Position numbers and translations under genes: made by a program
Part shown: piece by piece, positions 18,960 through 29,450 of the stretch
How the letters are laid out: each line of letters begins with the position of its first letter
How positions within the stretch are numbered: position 1 is the stretch's first letter
Notes under the pieces: generated by a model
What the model was told of the DNA's origin: nothing
Databases searched by the model: none
The model's input: the letters and a program-made list of their open reading frames with translations, nothing else
Assembly (NCBI GenBank): GCA_965202985.1
Contig: CBDBCF010000001.1
Coordinates: 1,952,001 to 2,016,000, forward strand
DNA: 64,000 bases
Reading direction: 5' to 3'
DNA from: Longimicrobiales bacterium
GTDB lineage: Bacteria > Gemmatimonadota > Gemmatimonadetes > Longimicrobiales > Gaopeijiaceae

Positions 18960-21278
18960 TCAGCGCCGTCGGCCGATCACCACTAGTGGACAGTCGGTCG
19001 CCTGGGCCACGCGGACCACGAACTGACCGAAGGCTCCCCGCTTCCCGGCGCCGCCGTGCAGTCCCATGACCACCAATCCGGCGTCGTGGGCTTTGAAAGC
19101 GACCTGGACGGCAGCGTCGCTCGCGCCCACCACCTCGACACGCGCCTCGCCCGCAACTTCGTCCTTGGCCAACTCCATAAGCTCTCGGCGCGTGCGCTCC
19201 TGGTCGGCGGTGCCGGTTCCTTCCCCCACGACGCCCAGGAACGTCACCTCGCGGTCCCCCGTTCGCCCCAGGCTTCCGAGCAGGCGCGCCCGCACCGCAC
19301 TCTGGGCCCGACCGCCGCGAGACGGCACTAGGATGCGGCGGACGCGGTCCGGGTTCCAGTTGCCGGGAGCGCGCAGAACCACCACGTCGGCGTCCACGGA
19401 CGCGACCAAGCGCTGCAAGGGTCCCGCCACCGTGGGCTCGTCGGTGCGGCCCATCCCCAGGAGCACCATCTCGCAGCGGCTGGTGCGCGCCACCCGAGCG
19501 ATCTCCGCCCATGGGTCGTCGTGGACGGTGACCAACGCCTCGGGCCGAAGATCCTGCTCCAACGCGGCAGCCAAGGCACCGCCCAAAACCGCCTGGGCGC
19601 GCGCGGCCGCGTCCAAGCGGCGGCTCCCGTCCGCACCCATGACGGACAGTAGACGAACCCGGGAGACGTCGGGCGGCGCCATGGCCTTCGCCATCGTTAC
19701 CAACGCCTGGGCTCGGGCCGGATTGGCGATCGGCACCAGGACCACCGGACGGCGCCCGCGGAGCTTGACCATCTCCGGATCGCGTCCCTCGGCAGAGGCG
19801 TCGACCGATCGCGCCCGCGGCGCCAAGTAGAGGGCGTACAACACCGCCCCGGCCCCTAGCCAAAGCGCCGCCAGCACGCCTGCCGACGGAACCGCCACGG
19901 CCTGGAAGAGGCCGATAGCCAGGCAAGCGCCGCCTCCCGCCGCGGGCGCCAACGGAAACCATGGCGTGCGGAAGCCCTTGCCGGAGCCGGTCCGACGACG
20001 CGCCAGGTAGGCGATCCAGTGCGTCGCGGCGAAGCTGGTCAGGAAGATGAGGCTTGCGACCGCGCCCGCAGCAGCCACGCCGGGCACCGCCACGATCAGG
20101 AGGGCCACGACCCCCGAGGTCAGGCGGACGGCGGCCACTGGGGCGCCCGTGCCGGAGGCCAGTCGGCCGAACCGTTCCGGCAGCGTCCGGTGCGACGCCA
20201 TCGCCGAAGCGAAGCGCGACGACGCCAACAAGTTGGCCTGCAGCGCCGACAGCATGGACAGGAGCCCGGCGACCACGACCAACCAGTAGCCCGCCGGCCC
20301 CATGAAGTTTCGCGCGGCCACGGCCACGAGGATCTCCGGGTTCGCGGCGGCCGTCTCCGCCACGGGTCGATCCGGCGAGCCCACGGCGACGATTAGGAAG
20401 AGGAGCGGCAGGTAGATGGCCAGGGCCGTCCCCAGCGAGAAGAACATGGCGCGGGGCACGTTGCGGCGCGGATGGCGGACCTCTCCGCCCACGGCGGCGA
20501 TCAGGTCGAACCCTTGGAGCGCGATGAACGTGTAGCCCATGGCCTGCGCCAGCCCCACGCCGCCCTCGGCGAAAAACGGCCTGAACCGACTGGCCAAGCC
20601 CTGCGCCGCGACATCTCCCGGAGCCTCCGCGAGCCCGCCGAGCAGCACCCAGGATCCGGCCGCGACAAGCACGGCGAAGACGACGACCTTGCCCACCGTC
20701 GCCCATTGGCCGCCCCCCGCCGCGGACCGGGAAAGGCGCCACGCGTAGAAGGCCACGGCCCCCAGGGCGTAGGCGACAAGCGCGAACCGTCCGCCCAGCC
20801 AAGCCGGAGGCTCGCCGCCGACCGCGCGGACCCCAAGCTCCAAGCAGGGGACCAGAAAGACGGCGAACCCCATGGCGTACAGGACGGCGGCCACCACCGA
20901 CGCGAACCACACCACCCAGCCCGTTGCGAAGGCGGCTTCGACGGTGAGGACCTTCCGGGCGTATGCGTAGGTCCCGCCGGACTGCGGGAAGCGCACTGCA
21001 AGCTCGGCGAACGAGCAGGCCGTCACGAGCGCTATGGTGCCGTTCAGGGCGAAGGCCAGGATGGCGCTGGGCCCCGTGGCGGCGAAGGCCACGCCCGCCA
21101 GCGCCAGGATGCCGCCGCCCACTATCGCGCCCACGCCCACGCCCGTGGCTCCCAGCAGTCCCAAGTGGCGAACCGGCTCGGGGCGGCCGGGCCCGGTTTC
21201 GCCCAACGCGCCCAATCCACCGTCCCCTCGCGACGGGGTTCCCGGCCCCGCGCCCGACGCGCCGCTCAAGCTCTTCAT
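18960..21278 (-). CDS. APC-family amino acid permease fused to two USP-like domains
   Basis: GVGAIVGGGIL, FAELAVRFPQSGGTY, GGEVRHPRRNVPRA, about 12 TM helices, then VLVPIANP and ILVPSRGG...VVMG. Confidence 0.88.
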   Translation of the reverse strand: MKSLSGASGAGPGTPSRGDGGLGALGETGPGRPEPVRHLGLLGATGVGVGAIVGGGILALAGVAFAATGPSAILAFALNGTIALVTACSFAELAVRFPQSGGTYAYARKVLTVEAAFATGWVVWFASVVAAVLYAMGFAVFLVPCLELGVRAVGGEPPAWLGGRFALVAYALGAVAFYAWRLSRSAAGGGQWATVGKVVVFAVLVAAGSWVLLGGLAEAPGDVAAQGLASRFRPFFAEGGVGLAQAMGYTFIALQGFDLIAAVGGEVRHPRRNVPRAMFFSLGTALAIYLPLLFLIVAVGSPDRPVAETAAANPEILVAVAARNFMGPAGYWLVVVAGLLSMLSALQANLLASSRFASAMASHRTLPERFGRLASGTGAPVAAVRLTSGVVALLIVAVPGVAAAGAVASLIFLTSFAATHWIAYLARRRTGSGKGFRTPWFPLAPAAGGGACLAIGLFQAVAVPSAGVLAALWLGAGAVLYALYLAPRARSVDASAEGRDPEMVKLRGRRPVVLVPIANPARAQALVTMAKAMAPPDVSRVRLLSVMGADGSRRLDAAARAQAVLGGALAAALEQDLRPEALVTVHDDPWAEIARVARTSRCEMVLLGMGRTDEPTVAGPLQRLVASVDADVVVLRAPGNWNPDRVRRILVPSRGGRAQSAVRARLLGSLGRTGDREVTFLGVVGEGTGTADQERTRRELMELAKDEVAGEARVEVVGASDAAVQVAFKAHDAGLVVMGLHGGAGKRGAFGQFVVRVAQATDCPLVVIGRRR

Positions 21279-21389
21279 GACGTGAACGATAGCCCGTCGG
21301 CGCCGCCCTGGAACTTGCTTGGCCGCCTGTTCCCACGTCCGGTGCCGGCGACGGCCACTTGGCGGTTCAGCGGGCGCTCCTCGTGCTTC

Positions 21390-22934
21390 CTACAAGTACG
21401 TCTCCGGCGGCATCCCGAAAACGTTGTCCACGATCTTCCGGGCTTGGGGCGGGACGCCTTCCACGGACGACGGAATGCCCCTGGCCCGGATCGCTTCCAC
21501 CACGCGCTTCAGCACCATCGCGCCGGTCAGGTCGATGCGGCCCAGTCCGTCCAGGTGGATCACCACCGACGACACCGTCCCCGCCACGGTGAGGCGTCCC
21601 ATCAGGGCCTCCTCCAGCCGCGGCGCCGACGCGAACCACAGGATCCCCATGACCTCCAGGTGGAGCACATCGCCCTCCATCCAGCTGGCGAACCCGGCCC
21701 GGCGCTCCCGCCACACGTGGATCGCCAGCGACAAGAGGATCCCCAGCAGCAGCGCCTGCTCGATGCGCGGCGACAGCAGCAGGCACATCGCCAAGGTGAA
21801 CCAAACGACCAAAGCCTGCACCCGCGACAACGCCCACACCTTGGCCAGCAAGCTCGGGCGCACCAGCCCCACCACGGCGGCGATCACGACCCCGGCCAGC
21901 ACGGCCTTGGGCAACGAGGACAGGACCCCGGCGAAAGGCAGGAAGACCAGGACGACGGCGCCGGTGACAACGCCCGACCAGCGGGAGTTGGCGCCGCAAA
22001 GGTGGTTCAAGTTGCTGCGCGAGAAGGACCCGTCCACGGGCATGCCGCCGAACAGTCCCGAGGCGGCGTTGGCGGCGCCCTGGGCAAGGAACTCGCGGTC
22101 GGGACTCCATCTGACTTGGTCCCGGCCCGCGAAGCTGCGCGCGATCGCCGTGGATTCGGCGAACCCCACCAAGGCGATCACGACGCCCGGAAAGACCAGC
22201 TGGGGCAGCTCGGCCCAAGGCAGCGCAAGCGACGGAAGGGGCGGGGCGCCTGGCACGCGACCGACCACGGGGCCGCCGTAGCCCAGCCAGAGGGAGACCG
22301 CGATGCCGGCGGCCACCGCGATCAGGGCGCCGGGAAGGTGAATGTGGACCTTCCGGGCCGTCAGGGTCACGGCGGCGGTGCCGGCGGCAAGCGCGATCGC
22401 CGCCCAGTTCCACGATCCGGGGCTGGCCAGCAGGCTGAACATGTTGCGCACCGGTCCGTCGCCCGGAGGCGCCGCCACGCCCAGGGCCGACGGCAGCTGC
22501 GACAGGAGGATCAGGATCGCCGCGCCGGAGGTGAAGCCACGCAGCACGGGTTGGGACATGAGGTAGGTGACCTTGCCCGCCTGCATGAAGCCGATGGCGA
22601 CCCGCGTGACGGCCACCACGAGCGCCAGCAAGGCCGCGCCGCCCACGTACTCGGGGCTGCCGGGCACGGCGATCGTCACCAGGGCGCCGTGGGTGAGCAG
22701 GGCCGTGAGGGCGACGGGACCCGTCTGGACGTACGGGCACGACGCCAGAACCCCGGCGAAGAGCAGCGGCAAGGCGGAGGCGTACAGGCCGTGGACGGCG
22801 GGCAGGCCGGCCAGCTCCGCGTAGGCCATGCTCTGCGGGATCAGCAGCATGGCGACGCTGATCCCCGCCACCACGTCCGCGGACGACGCCCGACGCTCGC
22901 GCCACGGATGGTCGCCGACGACGGGGCGCTTCAC
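21390..22934 (-). CDS. SulP-family inorganic anion transporter with STAS domain
   Basis: DVVAGISVAMLLIPQSMAYAELAGLP, GFTSGAA, GSFSRS, C-terminal LWFASA...IDLTGA. The GTG start overlaps the upstream TGA. Confidence 0.92.
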   Translation of the reverse strand: MKRPVVGDHPWRERRASSADVVAGISVAMLLIPQSMAYAELAGLPAVHGLYASALPLLFAGVLASCPYVQTGPVALTALLTHGALVTIAVPGSPEYVGGAALLALVVAVTRVAIGFMQAGKVTYLMSQPVLRGFTSGAAILILLSQLPSALGVAAPPGDGPVRNMFSLLASPGSWNWAAIALAAGTAAVTLTARKVHIHLPGALIAVAAGIAVSLWLGYGGPVVGRVPGAPPLPSLALPWAELPQLVFPGVVIALVGFAESTAIARSFAGRDQVRWSPDREFLAQGAANAASGLFGGMPVDGSFSRSNLNHLCGANSRWSGVVTGAVVLVFLPFAGVLSSLPKAVLAGVVIAAVVGLVRPSLLAKVWALSRVQALVVWFTLAMCLLLSPRIEQALLLGILLSLAIHVWRERRAGFASWMEGDVLHLEVMGILWFASAPRLEEALMGRLTVAGTVSSVVIHLDGLGRIDLTGAMVLKRVVEAIRARGIPSSVEGVPPQARKIVDNVFGMPPETYL

Positions 22935-23812
22935 GAAACCGCCACCGTCGCAGCCGAGCGTTCTTCTTGCGCCAGCCGGGCCAGAAGAGCGGCAGCCGCC
23001 GAGGCCCGCCCGGCCCACCACGCCGCGACCGGTTGCGGCCCCCGCCCAGCCAAGCGGTCCGCCCACCGGCGGGCGTGTTCGGCCAGCCAAGCCAGCGTCC
23101 CGGCCGCGTCTTGGGCCAAGAACCCGACCAGGGCGTACCGACGTTCGCCCGCCCGACAGGCCAGCCCCAAGTCGCCCGCCAGCCGGTTCAGGTCGTCGCG
23201 GGTCACGATCATGCCGGCGCGCACCGGCGCCAGCAGGCCGCGGGCGAACGCATCGCCGCCCTGCGCCAGGGGGTCGGGAAGCTCCGGGGCCTCGCGCAGC
23301 GCAATGGGCAGGTAGTCCGGCAGCTCCAAGTCGCCCTCGAAGGCGTCCACGGCCTGCTCAAGCAACGCCGCCCAGGCCTCGTGGAAGGGCGACCCGCAGT
23401 GCTCGAAGCTGGTCAAGTAGGGTCGAATCCAGGGCGACAGGTGTTCCCAAGCCAAAGTGGTCCGCGCCTGAGCCAAGAGGAGCGCCGCCGCCCGATCTCC
23501 GCCGCCGACCTCCTCTTTGCGCCACTCGCCCAGCCCCGCCGCCAGGGCCAGGAGCGACGCCAAGTGGTCCGGCTCGGGACAGGCGTCCAGCTTGAGCGCC
23601 TGCCGAAAGCCGGCGATGCGGTCGCGGACTTCGCCGCCGATCATCCCGTCCGCACCCAGGTAGATCGATGCGCAAGGCCGCCGCTGGAACGCGATCACCC
23701 GCCCGTGAACGGCCGGCGTCGGCGGCGTCGGCAGGTCCAGCGCCGTCGCCACCGCTCCGTGCTCCCCCGAAGGCGCCTCGATCAGCGAGCCGAGCGCGCG
23801 AAGCAGCTCCAT
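22931..23812 (-). CDS. TorD/DmsD-family molybdoenzyme maturation chaperone
   Basis: PCASIYL, EPDHLASLL, EHLSPW. Lies directly downstream of the catalytic subunit. Confidence 0.8.
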   Translation of the reverse strand: MELLRALGSLIEAPSGEHGAVATALDLPTPPTPAVHGRVIAFQRRPCASIYLGADGMIGGEVRDRIAGFRQALKLDACPEPDHLASLLALAAGLGEWRKEEVGGGDRAAALLLAQARTTLAWEHLSPWIRPYLTSFEHCGSPFHEAWAALLEQAVDAFEGDLELPDYLPIALREAPELPDPLAQGGDAFARGLLAPVRAGMIVTRDDLNRLAGDLGLACRAGERRYALVGFLAQDAAGTLAWLAEHARRWADRLAGRGPQPVAAWWAGRASAAAALLARLAQEERSAATVAVS

Positions 23813-26800
23813 TCACTCCGCGTCGCCGCGGTCGCCGTCCTCGGGCAGCCGGAACGCCTTTCGCTCGGGCCTCACGGGGCGCAGCAGCCAGTAGGGCCGA
23901 CGATCGCCGTTCGGGGAGTGGTCGCGGGCGGAGCGGGCCAGCTCCAGCCACTGGCGGAACTCGCGCCGGGCCTTGGCGGTGTCCGCCGACACGTCGCCGT
24001 AGCGGTCGCCGGGCCGGGCGCGCCGGATGCGAACGGCCTGGTGCCAGCAGTGGGCGCCGGAAACGGGGTCGGGTTGGACGGGGAAGGTCATGTTCTGGTG
24101 CACGCCCACGTCGGTCCACCAGATGCGCGACGTGTCCTCGTCCGACGACCGAAAGCCCCCCCCTGCGTTCTTGCGCCCCATGCTCCAGCGGCTGTCGTCC
24201 CGGTCCATCGACACCGTGGCCAGCGACTGGCGCGCCGCCCCGCGGGTCGGGCCGGAGTGCGTCTCCGCCCTCGACAGCCGCGCCTCGTCCGGCGAATTGC
24301 CGTTCGGCACGGGGGCCGGTTCGTCCAGCTTCCAGCGCCCCATGTGGTGCGAGCACGCCGCCACCCCGGGATGGATGCCCTCGGTGACCCACGCCTTCGC
24401 CACGAAGTGCCCGATCCGCGTCTCTACACGCACCAGGTCGCCCGTCTCCACGCCCACCCGGGCGGCGTCTCGGGGGTGCAGCCATACGGGGTTGGTGTGG
24501 GCGATCTCGTTGAGCCACTTGGCGTTGGCGCTGCGCGTGTGGATCTGCACCGGCAGGCGGAACGTCGAGATCAGGCACATCTGGTCGCGGTCCATGTTCT
24601 GCCGGTGCACGTGGCTGCGCGCATAGGCCGGCACCGCCATCTCGGGCCACCCCCACTCCGCCAAGGTGCGCGACCAGAACTCCAGCCGCCCCGACGGCGT
24701 GGGGAAGCCGCGCCGAACCGCGCCGCCCACCTCGACGCCGGCCCGACGCCGGCCCTCGCCGTCGCCCTCCACCGGCGGCATCGGCACCACGTTGCTCGAA
24801 GGGCGCGCCGGCGCCCGCGTGAACACCCGGCCCGCCGCGTCCACGCGCGCGTCGTCCAGCTCCTCTTCCGGCACGACGGCCTCGTGCAGGGCGCCCACCT
24901 TGCGGTCGATCTCGAAGGCGCCGTAGCGCCGCATGTACTCAAGGGGCGACAAGCCCTCGCGCGCGGCCCGCTCCGGCAGCCCCGGCACCGAGTGCTCGAA
25001 CAGCCAGCCGTAGTACTCGTCGACGCCCAGCTTCTTGCCGGGCCGCTTCCTGGACTCGAAGAAGCCGCGGATACCCTGCGAGCCGTCCGGGTCGATCCGC
25101 CACGTCAGCTCGATCCAGAACTCGTTCTCTTCCCACACTTCGCCCGGGTTGGCGCCCAAGGTGGCGGTCACGTCCTCTCCCAACCGCTCGCGGGCCGTCC
25201 GGAGCACCGGCTGGCGGAAGCCGATCCACCGCCCGTCGTACTGCTCGTACGAGGTCAGGTCGTGGCGCTCCGCCGAGTGTCCCATGGGAAGCACGTAGTC
25301 GGCGAAGTAGGCGGTCTCGTTCCAGGTGGGCGTCAGCGCCACGTGCAGGCCGATGCGCTCCGGGTCGGCCAGCATCTCGATCCACGAGAAGCCGTCCGGG
25401 TTGGTCCAGACCGGGTTGTAGACGCGCGTGAAGTACACGTCCAGGCGCCCGTCGCGCTCCGCTGTCAGGTGGGGCAGCAGGAACGACATCTCCATCAGGC
25501 TCAGCGGATAGTCGCCGGGCCACGTCAGGTCGTTCCACTCTTCCGGATGCCGGGCCGGCATGCGAATGGGCCGGGGCACGTACTTGTTCCAGGCGTTCGG
25601 GTAGGTGCCGCCGGGGACGGCCACCGCGCCGGTCAGGGCGTTGAGCAGGAACAGGCAGCGGGCGACTTGCCAGCCGCCCAGGTTGCCCGCCGCAGCGCTC
25701 CGCCAGTTGTGCGTGGACAGGCGGGCGCCGGCGCCGGCCACGAGCTCGGCCACGGCCTCGATCGTGGAGGCGGACACGCCGCTCTCCGCCGCCGCGAACT
25801 CGAAGGTGTACTCGTCGTAGAGGCGGCGCAGAGCCTGCTGGAAGGCGGCGAAGTCGGGCGGCTCGTCCGGGTGGTTCTCCTCCATGTACTCGCGCCAGTT
25901 CCACCAGCGCTCCACGAAGGCGGCGTCGTAGCGCTCCGAGCGGATCAGGTAGGCGGCCACGGCCAGGAGCACCGCCGCTTCCGAGCCCGGGTAGGTGGAC
26001 AGCCATTGGTCGGCGTGGGTGGCCGTGTTGGACAGCCGGGTGTCGAAGACCACCAGCTTGGCGCCGTTGCGCTTTCCCTCCATGACCCGCTGGGCGTGCG
26101 GGTTGAAGTAGTGGCCGGCCTCCAGATGGCTGCTGACCAGCAGGATGACGCGGGCGTTGGCGTGGTCCGGGCTGGGACGGTCCATGCCCATCCAGAAGTG
26201 GTACCCGGCGCGCGCCCCCGAGGAACAGATGTTGGTGTGCGAGTTGTGGCCGTCCACGCCCCAGGCGGCCAGCATCCGCTCGGTGAAGCCGTCCTCGCCC
26301 GGCCGTCCCACGTGGTACATGATCTGCCGGCGCCGCCCCTCGTCGATCGCCTTCCGTATGCGGCTGGCGATATCGTCCAGCGCCTCGTCCCAGGTCGTCC
26401 GCTCCCACTTCCCTTCGCCACGGGCGCCGGCCCGCCTGAGCGGATGGAGGATACGATCCGGGTCGGTCAGCTGCGTGACCGTGGCCGGCCCCTTGGCGCA
26501 GTTCCTCCCCCGCGAGCCCGGGTGCTCCGGGTTCCCCTCGAACTTGCGCACTTCCAGCGTCTCGCGGTCCACGTACGCCAGCAACCCGCACGCCGACTCG
26601 CAGTTGAAGCACGTGGTCGGGACCAGCATGTAGCGGCGCTCCACGCGGTCCGGCCAAGCCTTCGAGTCCAGCTCCACCCAGTCGCTCCACCGCTCCTTGG
26701 GCGGGTACGCGGCCAAGTGGACCCGACTGGCGCCGGGGTAGAAGGTCTCGCCGCGCGCCTCGACGTCGGCCTTGGCGGCGGAAACGCGCGCCTCCAAGCG

Positions 26801-26818
26801 GGCCAGGGGCGCGTTCAT
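23813..26818 (-). CDS. Molybdopterin (bis-MGD) oxidoreductase catalytic subunit, DMSO reductase superfamily
   Basis: TTCFNCESACG...RGRNCAKG [4Fe-4S] motif, DRILHPLRR, WDEALD, HNSHTNICSSG, ETAYFADYVLP, HTRSANAKWL, WLHPRDA. ATG at 26818 overlaps the upstream stop. Confidence 0.93.
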   Translation of the reverse strand: MNAPLARLEARVSAAKADVEARGETFYPGASRVHLAAYPPKERWSDWVELDSKAWPDRVERRYMLVPTTCFNCESACGLLAYVDRETLEVRKFEGNPEHPGSRGRNCAKGPATVTQLTDPDRILHPLRRAGARGEGKWERTTWDEALDDIASRIRKAIDEGRRRQIMYHVGRPGEDGFTERMLAAWGVDGHNSHTNICSSGARAGYHFWMGMDRPSPDHANARVILLVSSHLEAGHYFNPHAQRVMEGKRNGAKLVVFDTRLSNTATHADQWLSTYPGSEAAVLLAVAAYLIRSERYDAAFVERWWNWREYMEENHPDEPPDFAAFQQALRRLYDEYTFEFAAAESGVSASTIEAVAELVAGAGARLSTHNWRSAAAGNLGGWQVARCLFLLNALTGAVAVPGGTYPNAWNKYVPRPIRMPARHPEEWNDLTWPGDYPLSLMEMSFLLPHLTAERDGRLDVYFTRVYNPVWTNPDGFSWIEMLADPERIGLHVALTPTWNETAYFADYVLPMGHSAERHDLTSYEQYDGRWIGFRQPVLRTARERLGEDVTATLGANPGEVWEENEFWIELTWRIDPDGSQGIRGFFESRKRPGKKLGVDEYYGWLFEHSVPGLPERAAREGLSPLEYMRRYGAFEIDRKVGALHEAVVPEEELDDARVDAAGRVFTRAPARPSSNVVPMPPVEGDGEGRRRAGVEVGGAVRRGFPTPSGRLEFWSRTLAEWGWPEMAVPAYARSHVHRQNMDRDQMCLISTFRLPVQIHTRSANAKWLNEIAHTNPVWLHPRDAARVGVETGDLVRVETRIGHFVAKAWVTEGIHPGVAACSHHMGRWKLDEPAPVPNGNSPDEARLSRAETHSGPTRGAARQSLATVSMDRDDSRWSMGRKNAGGGFRSSDEDTSRIWWTDVGVHQNMTFPVQPDPVSGAHCWHQAVRIRRARPGDRYGDVSADTAKARREFRQWLELARSARDHSPNGDRRPYWLLRPVRPERKAFRLPEDGDRGDAE

Positions 26819-28560
26819 GCCAGCGGGACCGATTGGCCGGCCTGCACGTAGGCGTGTTCGTAGGCCAGCAGTCCGACAAGTCCGGCCACTGCGGCGCCCA
26901 AGCCCCACCCCGCGCCCAGTCCCTGCCCGGTCTCCATCCCCAGCCCCACCCCCAACCCAGCCTCCGCCCCCAGTCCCACCCCAACCCACGCCGCCGCCGC
27001 GCCGGCTAGCGCTCCCAAGACGCCGACGCGGAACCACGCGCGGTAGCGCCCGCTCGTCATTTCGCGCTCGGCCTGCTTGGCGTGCGCCGTGGGGGCCGGC
27101 ATGAGCACCTCGCCCGCCAGCATCAGCAGGTGGCCCCCGCTCGCCACGCCGAACACCAGCAGAGCGTGGCCGTACACGCCGCTCCCGACCCCGGCGGCCA
27201 GCGCCAAGAGCGCCGTCGCGGCCCCGCCCGCCAGCAGCGCTTGGACCAGGAAGTGGGCGGGCAGCAAGGGGTTCTGCCATAGGTCGCGGGCCTTGGCCTG
27301 TCCGAAGAGGAACGCCGTGTAGACCGCCGCCAGCACGGCCAAGGGGCCGCCCAGCCAACCCAGCCACGCCGGAGGCGGCGCCGGGCCGGAACCCAGGACG
27401 AAGTGGAGCGCCAGCAGGACGCCGTATGCGCCCAGGACGAACCCGCCCCGCACCAGCCAACTGCGCCATTGAGGCCGCTTGAAGAGCAGCAGGCAGCGCT
27501 TCGGGTGTTCCAGGTCCCAGATCAGAAGGCCGCCGGTCAGGGCCAGAAAGACTGCCGCCACCGCCGGCGCCCAGGCGCGCCACAGAGAACCGTCGGCGGG
27601 CAGCACGCCAAGCAGCACCAGCAGGAGGGGGACCAAGTACGCTCCCGCGGAGATCGACTTCGTCCACGTGTACAGCGAGACGCGAAAGTCCCAAGGGGCC
27701 TTGCGGGGCACGTCGTAGCTGACCACGGCGGCGGCGGACGAGTTCCAGGCGGCGGCTCCCTGGGCGGTTCTTCGGCCGGCAGCCTCCCCGGCGGCGGCGC
27801 GACGCCCAGCTCCTCCTCCGCCCTTGCCCCGGCCGCTGCGCCCGCCCCTAGTCGCCTCTTGTTCGCTCCACATGAACAGCCCGCCGCCGGGGCGCCGGGC
27901 GGCCAGGGGGTCCAGCGCCGCTTGATCCGCGCCCTTGTAGAACAGCTTGGGCCGCGTGCGCTTCTCGGGCCGGCGGACCGTCACCGAGTCCCGGTGAACG
28001 ACCTTGGCCACCTGCGACTCCAGATCGTTCAAGTCGCCCACCAGCAGCGCCTCGGTCGGACAGACCACCACGCACGCCGGCTCGAGTCCCATGTCCAAGC
28101 GATGCGCGCAGAAGTTGCACTTCTCGGCCGAGTGGTCCGCCGGGTTGATGAAGATCGCGTCGTACGGGCACGCCGCGATGCACGCCTTGCACCCGATGCA
28201 CGCGCTCTTGTCGAAGTCCACGATCCCGTCGGCGCGCCGGAACATGGCGGAGGTGGGGCACGCGTCCACGCACGGGGGTTCCTCGCACTGGTTGCACCGG
28301 GTCACCTGGAACGAACGCTTGGCTTCGGGAAAGACGCCGGCGTCCACGTACTTCACGAAGGTGCGCGTGACCGACAGCGGGACTTCGTTCTCCGACTTGC
28401 AGGCCGTGGTGCAGGCGTGGCAGCCGATGCAGCGCGACTGGTCCACCACCTTGGCCCACGAGGGACCTGGCGCGCGAGCGGCGGAATCGAGTTCGGCGGA
28501 CGGCAAGGCGGAAGGAGGTCGCGGCGGCGGGCGGCTCGGGGGGACGGCCAAGGGTGGCAA
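26815..28560 (-). CDS. 4Fe-4S dicluster subunit fused to NrfD/PsrC-like membrane anchor
   Basis: CIGCHACTTAC, CNQCEEPPCVDACP, CIGCKACIAACP, CNFC...CVVVCP, then LIWDLEHPKR and TM helices. Start is approximate. Confidence 0.9.
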   Translation of the reverse strand: MPPLAVPPSRPPPRPPSALPSAELDSAARAPGPSWAKVVDQSRCIGCHACTTACKSENEVPLSVTRTFVKYVDAGVFPEAKRSFQVTRCNQCEEPPCVDACPTSAMFRRADGIVDFDKSACIGCKACIAACPYDAIFINPADHSAEKCNFCAHRLDMGLEPACVVVCPTEALLVGDLNDLESQVAKVVHRDSVTVRRPEKRTRPKLFYKGADQAALDPLAARRPGGGLFMWSEQEATRGGRSGRGKGGGGAGRRAAAGEAAGRRTAQGAAAWNSSAAAVVSYDVPRKAPWDFRVSLYTWTKSISAGAYLVPLLLVLLGVLPADGSLWRAWAPAVAAVFLALTGGLLIWDLEHPKRCLLLFKRPQWRSWLVRGGFVLGAYGVLLALHFVLGSGPAPPPAWLGWLGGPLAVLAAVYTAFLFGQAKARDLWQNPLLPAHFLVQALLAGGAATALLALAAGVGSGVYGHALLVFGVASGGHLLMLAGEVLMPAPTAHAKQAEREMTSGRYRAWFRVGVLGALAGAAAAWVGVGLGAEAGLGVGLGMETGQGLGAGWGLGAAVAGLVGLLAYEHAYVQAGQSVPLA

Positions 28561-28646
28561 GACAATATGACTAGAAGCCGCCGCGGTGCCAGCCTGGAGG
28601 GGCCGACGCTTCGCCCGGCCGGCAGCGCACCGTACCTTCACGGACC

Positions 28647-29450
28647 ATGCACGCCGACACGCCTGGATGCCTCTTCGCCGGAAGCCGACTGGTGCTGGCC
28701 GAAGGCGCGCGGGCGTTGCCCCCGTGGCGTCTTGTGGCGCGCTGGGCCGCGGACGACCCCGCGTGCTTTCCGGTGCGGGCGGGTCGGGGCCGAGCAATGG
28801 CTGGATTGGCCGTCCCCGGCTGGATGCTCCCGCCGGGTTGGACCGCAATCGGGATGCGCAGCGTCTTGAGCCGGTTGGTCCAGCCCGAGCTTGCCCTGGC
28901 CCTCAAGGCCGCCCACTTGGCGCGCTGGCGTCGGACCTCGCGCTTCTGCGGCGAGTGCGGCACGCGGACGGCCCTGGCGGCTCGCCACCAAGCCATGGAG
29001 TGTCCGTCGTGCGGCCGCTTGGCGTTCCCCAAGATATCCCCCGCCGTGATCGTGCAAGTCACCCGAGGCGATCGCCTGCTTCTGGGCCGCTCGCGCCGCC
29101 ATCCGCCCGGCGGCTGGTCCGTGCTGGCCGGCTTCGTGGACCCCGGCGAGAGCCTGGAAGACGCGGTGCGGCGCGAGATCCGAGAAGAGGCCGGGGTGCG
29201 CGTGGGCGATGTGCGCTACTTCGGCAGCCAACCGTGGCCGTTCCCGGACTCGCTCATGGTCGGCTTCACGGCGCAGCACCTGGACGGCGCCCTGCAGCGG
29301 CTGGACGGCGAGCTGGAGGAGCTGGCGTGGTTCGGACCCGGCGAACTGCCTCCCGTGCCCCCACCCCACAGCATCGCGCGGGCCTTAGTGGACGACTTCG
29401 CCCGACGTCGCGGCGGCGACCCGGCGAAGCTGGCAACCTGGGGTCGGTGA
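28647..29450 (+). CDS. nudC: NAD(+) diphosphatase (Nudix)
   Basis: RFCGECG, CPSCG, FPKISPAVIV, AGFVDPGESLEDAVRREIREEAG, SQPWPFPDSLM. Confidence 0.93.
   Translation: MHADTPGCLFAGSRLVLAEGARALPPWRLVARWAADDPACFPVRAGRGRAMAGLAVPGWMLPPGWTAIGMRSVLSRLVQPELALALKAAHLARWRRTSRFCGECGTRTALAARHQAMECPSCGRLAFPKISPAVIVQVTRGDRLLLGRSRRHPPGGWSVLAGFVDPGESLEDAVRREIREEAGVRVGDVRYFGSQPWPFPDSLMVGFTAQHLDGALQRLDGELEELAWFGPGELPPVPPPHSIARALVDDFARRRGGDPAKLATWGR

Noticed and set aside
22967..26851. 1294-aa plus-strand ORF and similar long ORFs (18205..21336, 20472..23315, 51767..54559, 45592..48036)
   Set aside because: Stop-poor antisense or alternative frames of well-supported genes in high-GC DNA, Arg/Pro/Gly-rich, with no motifs.
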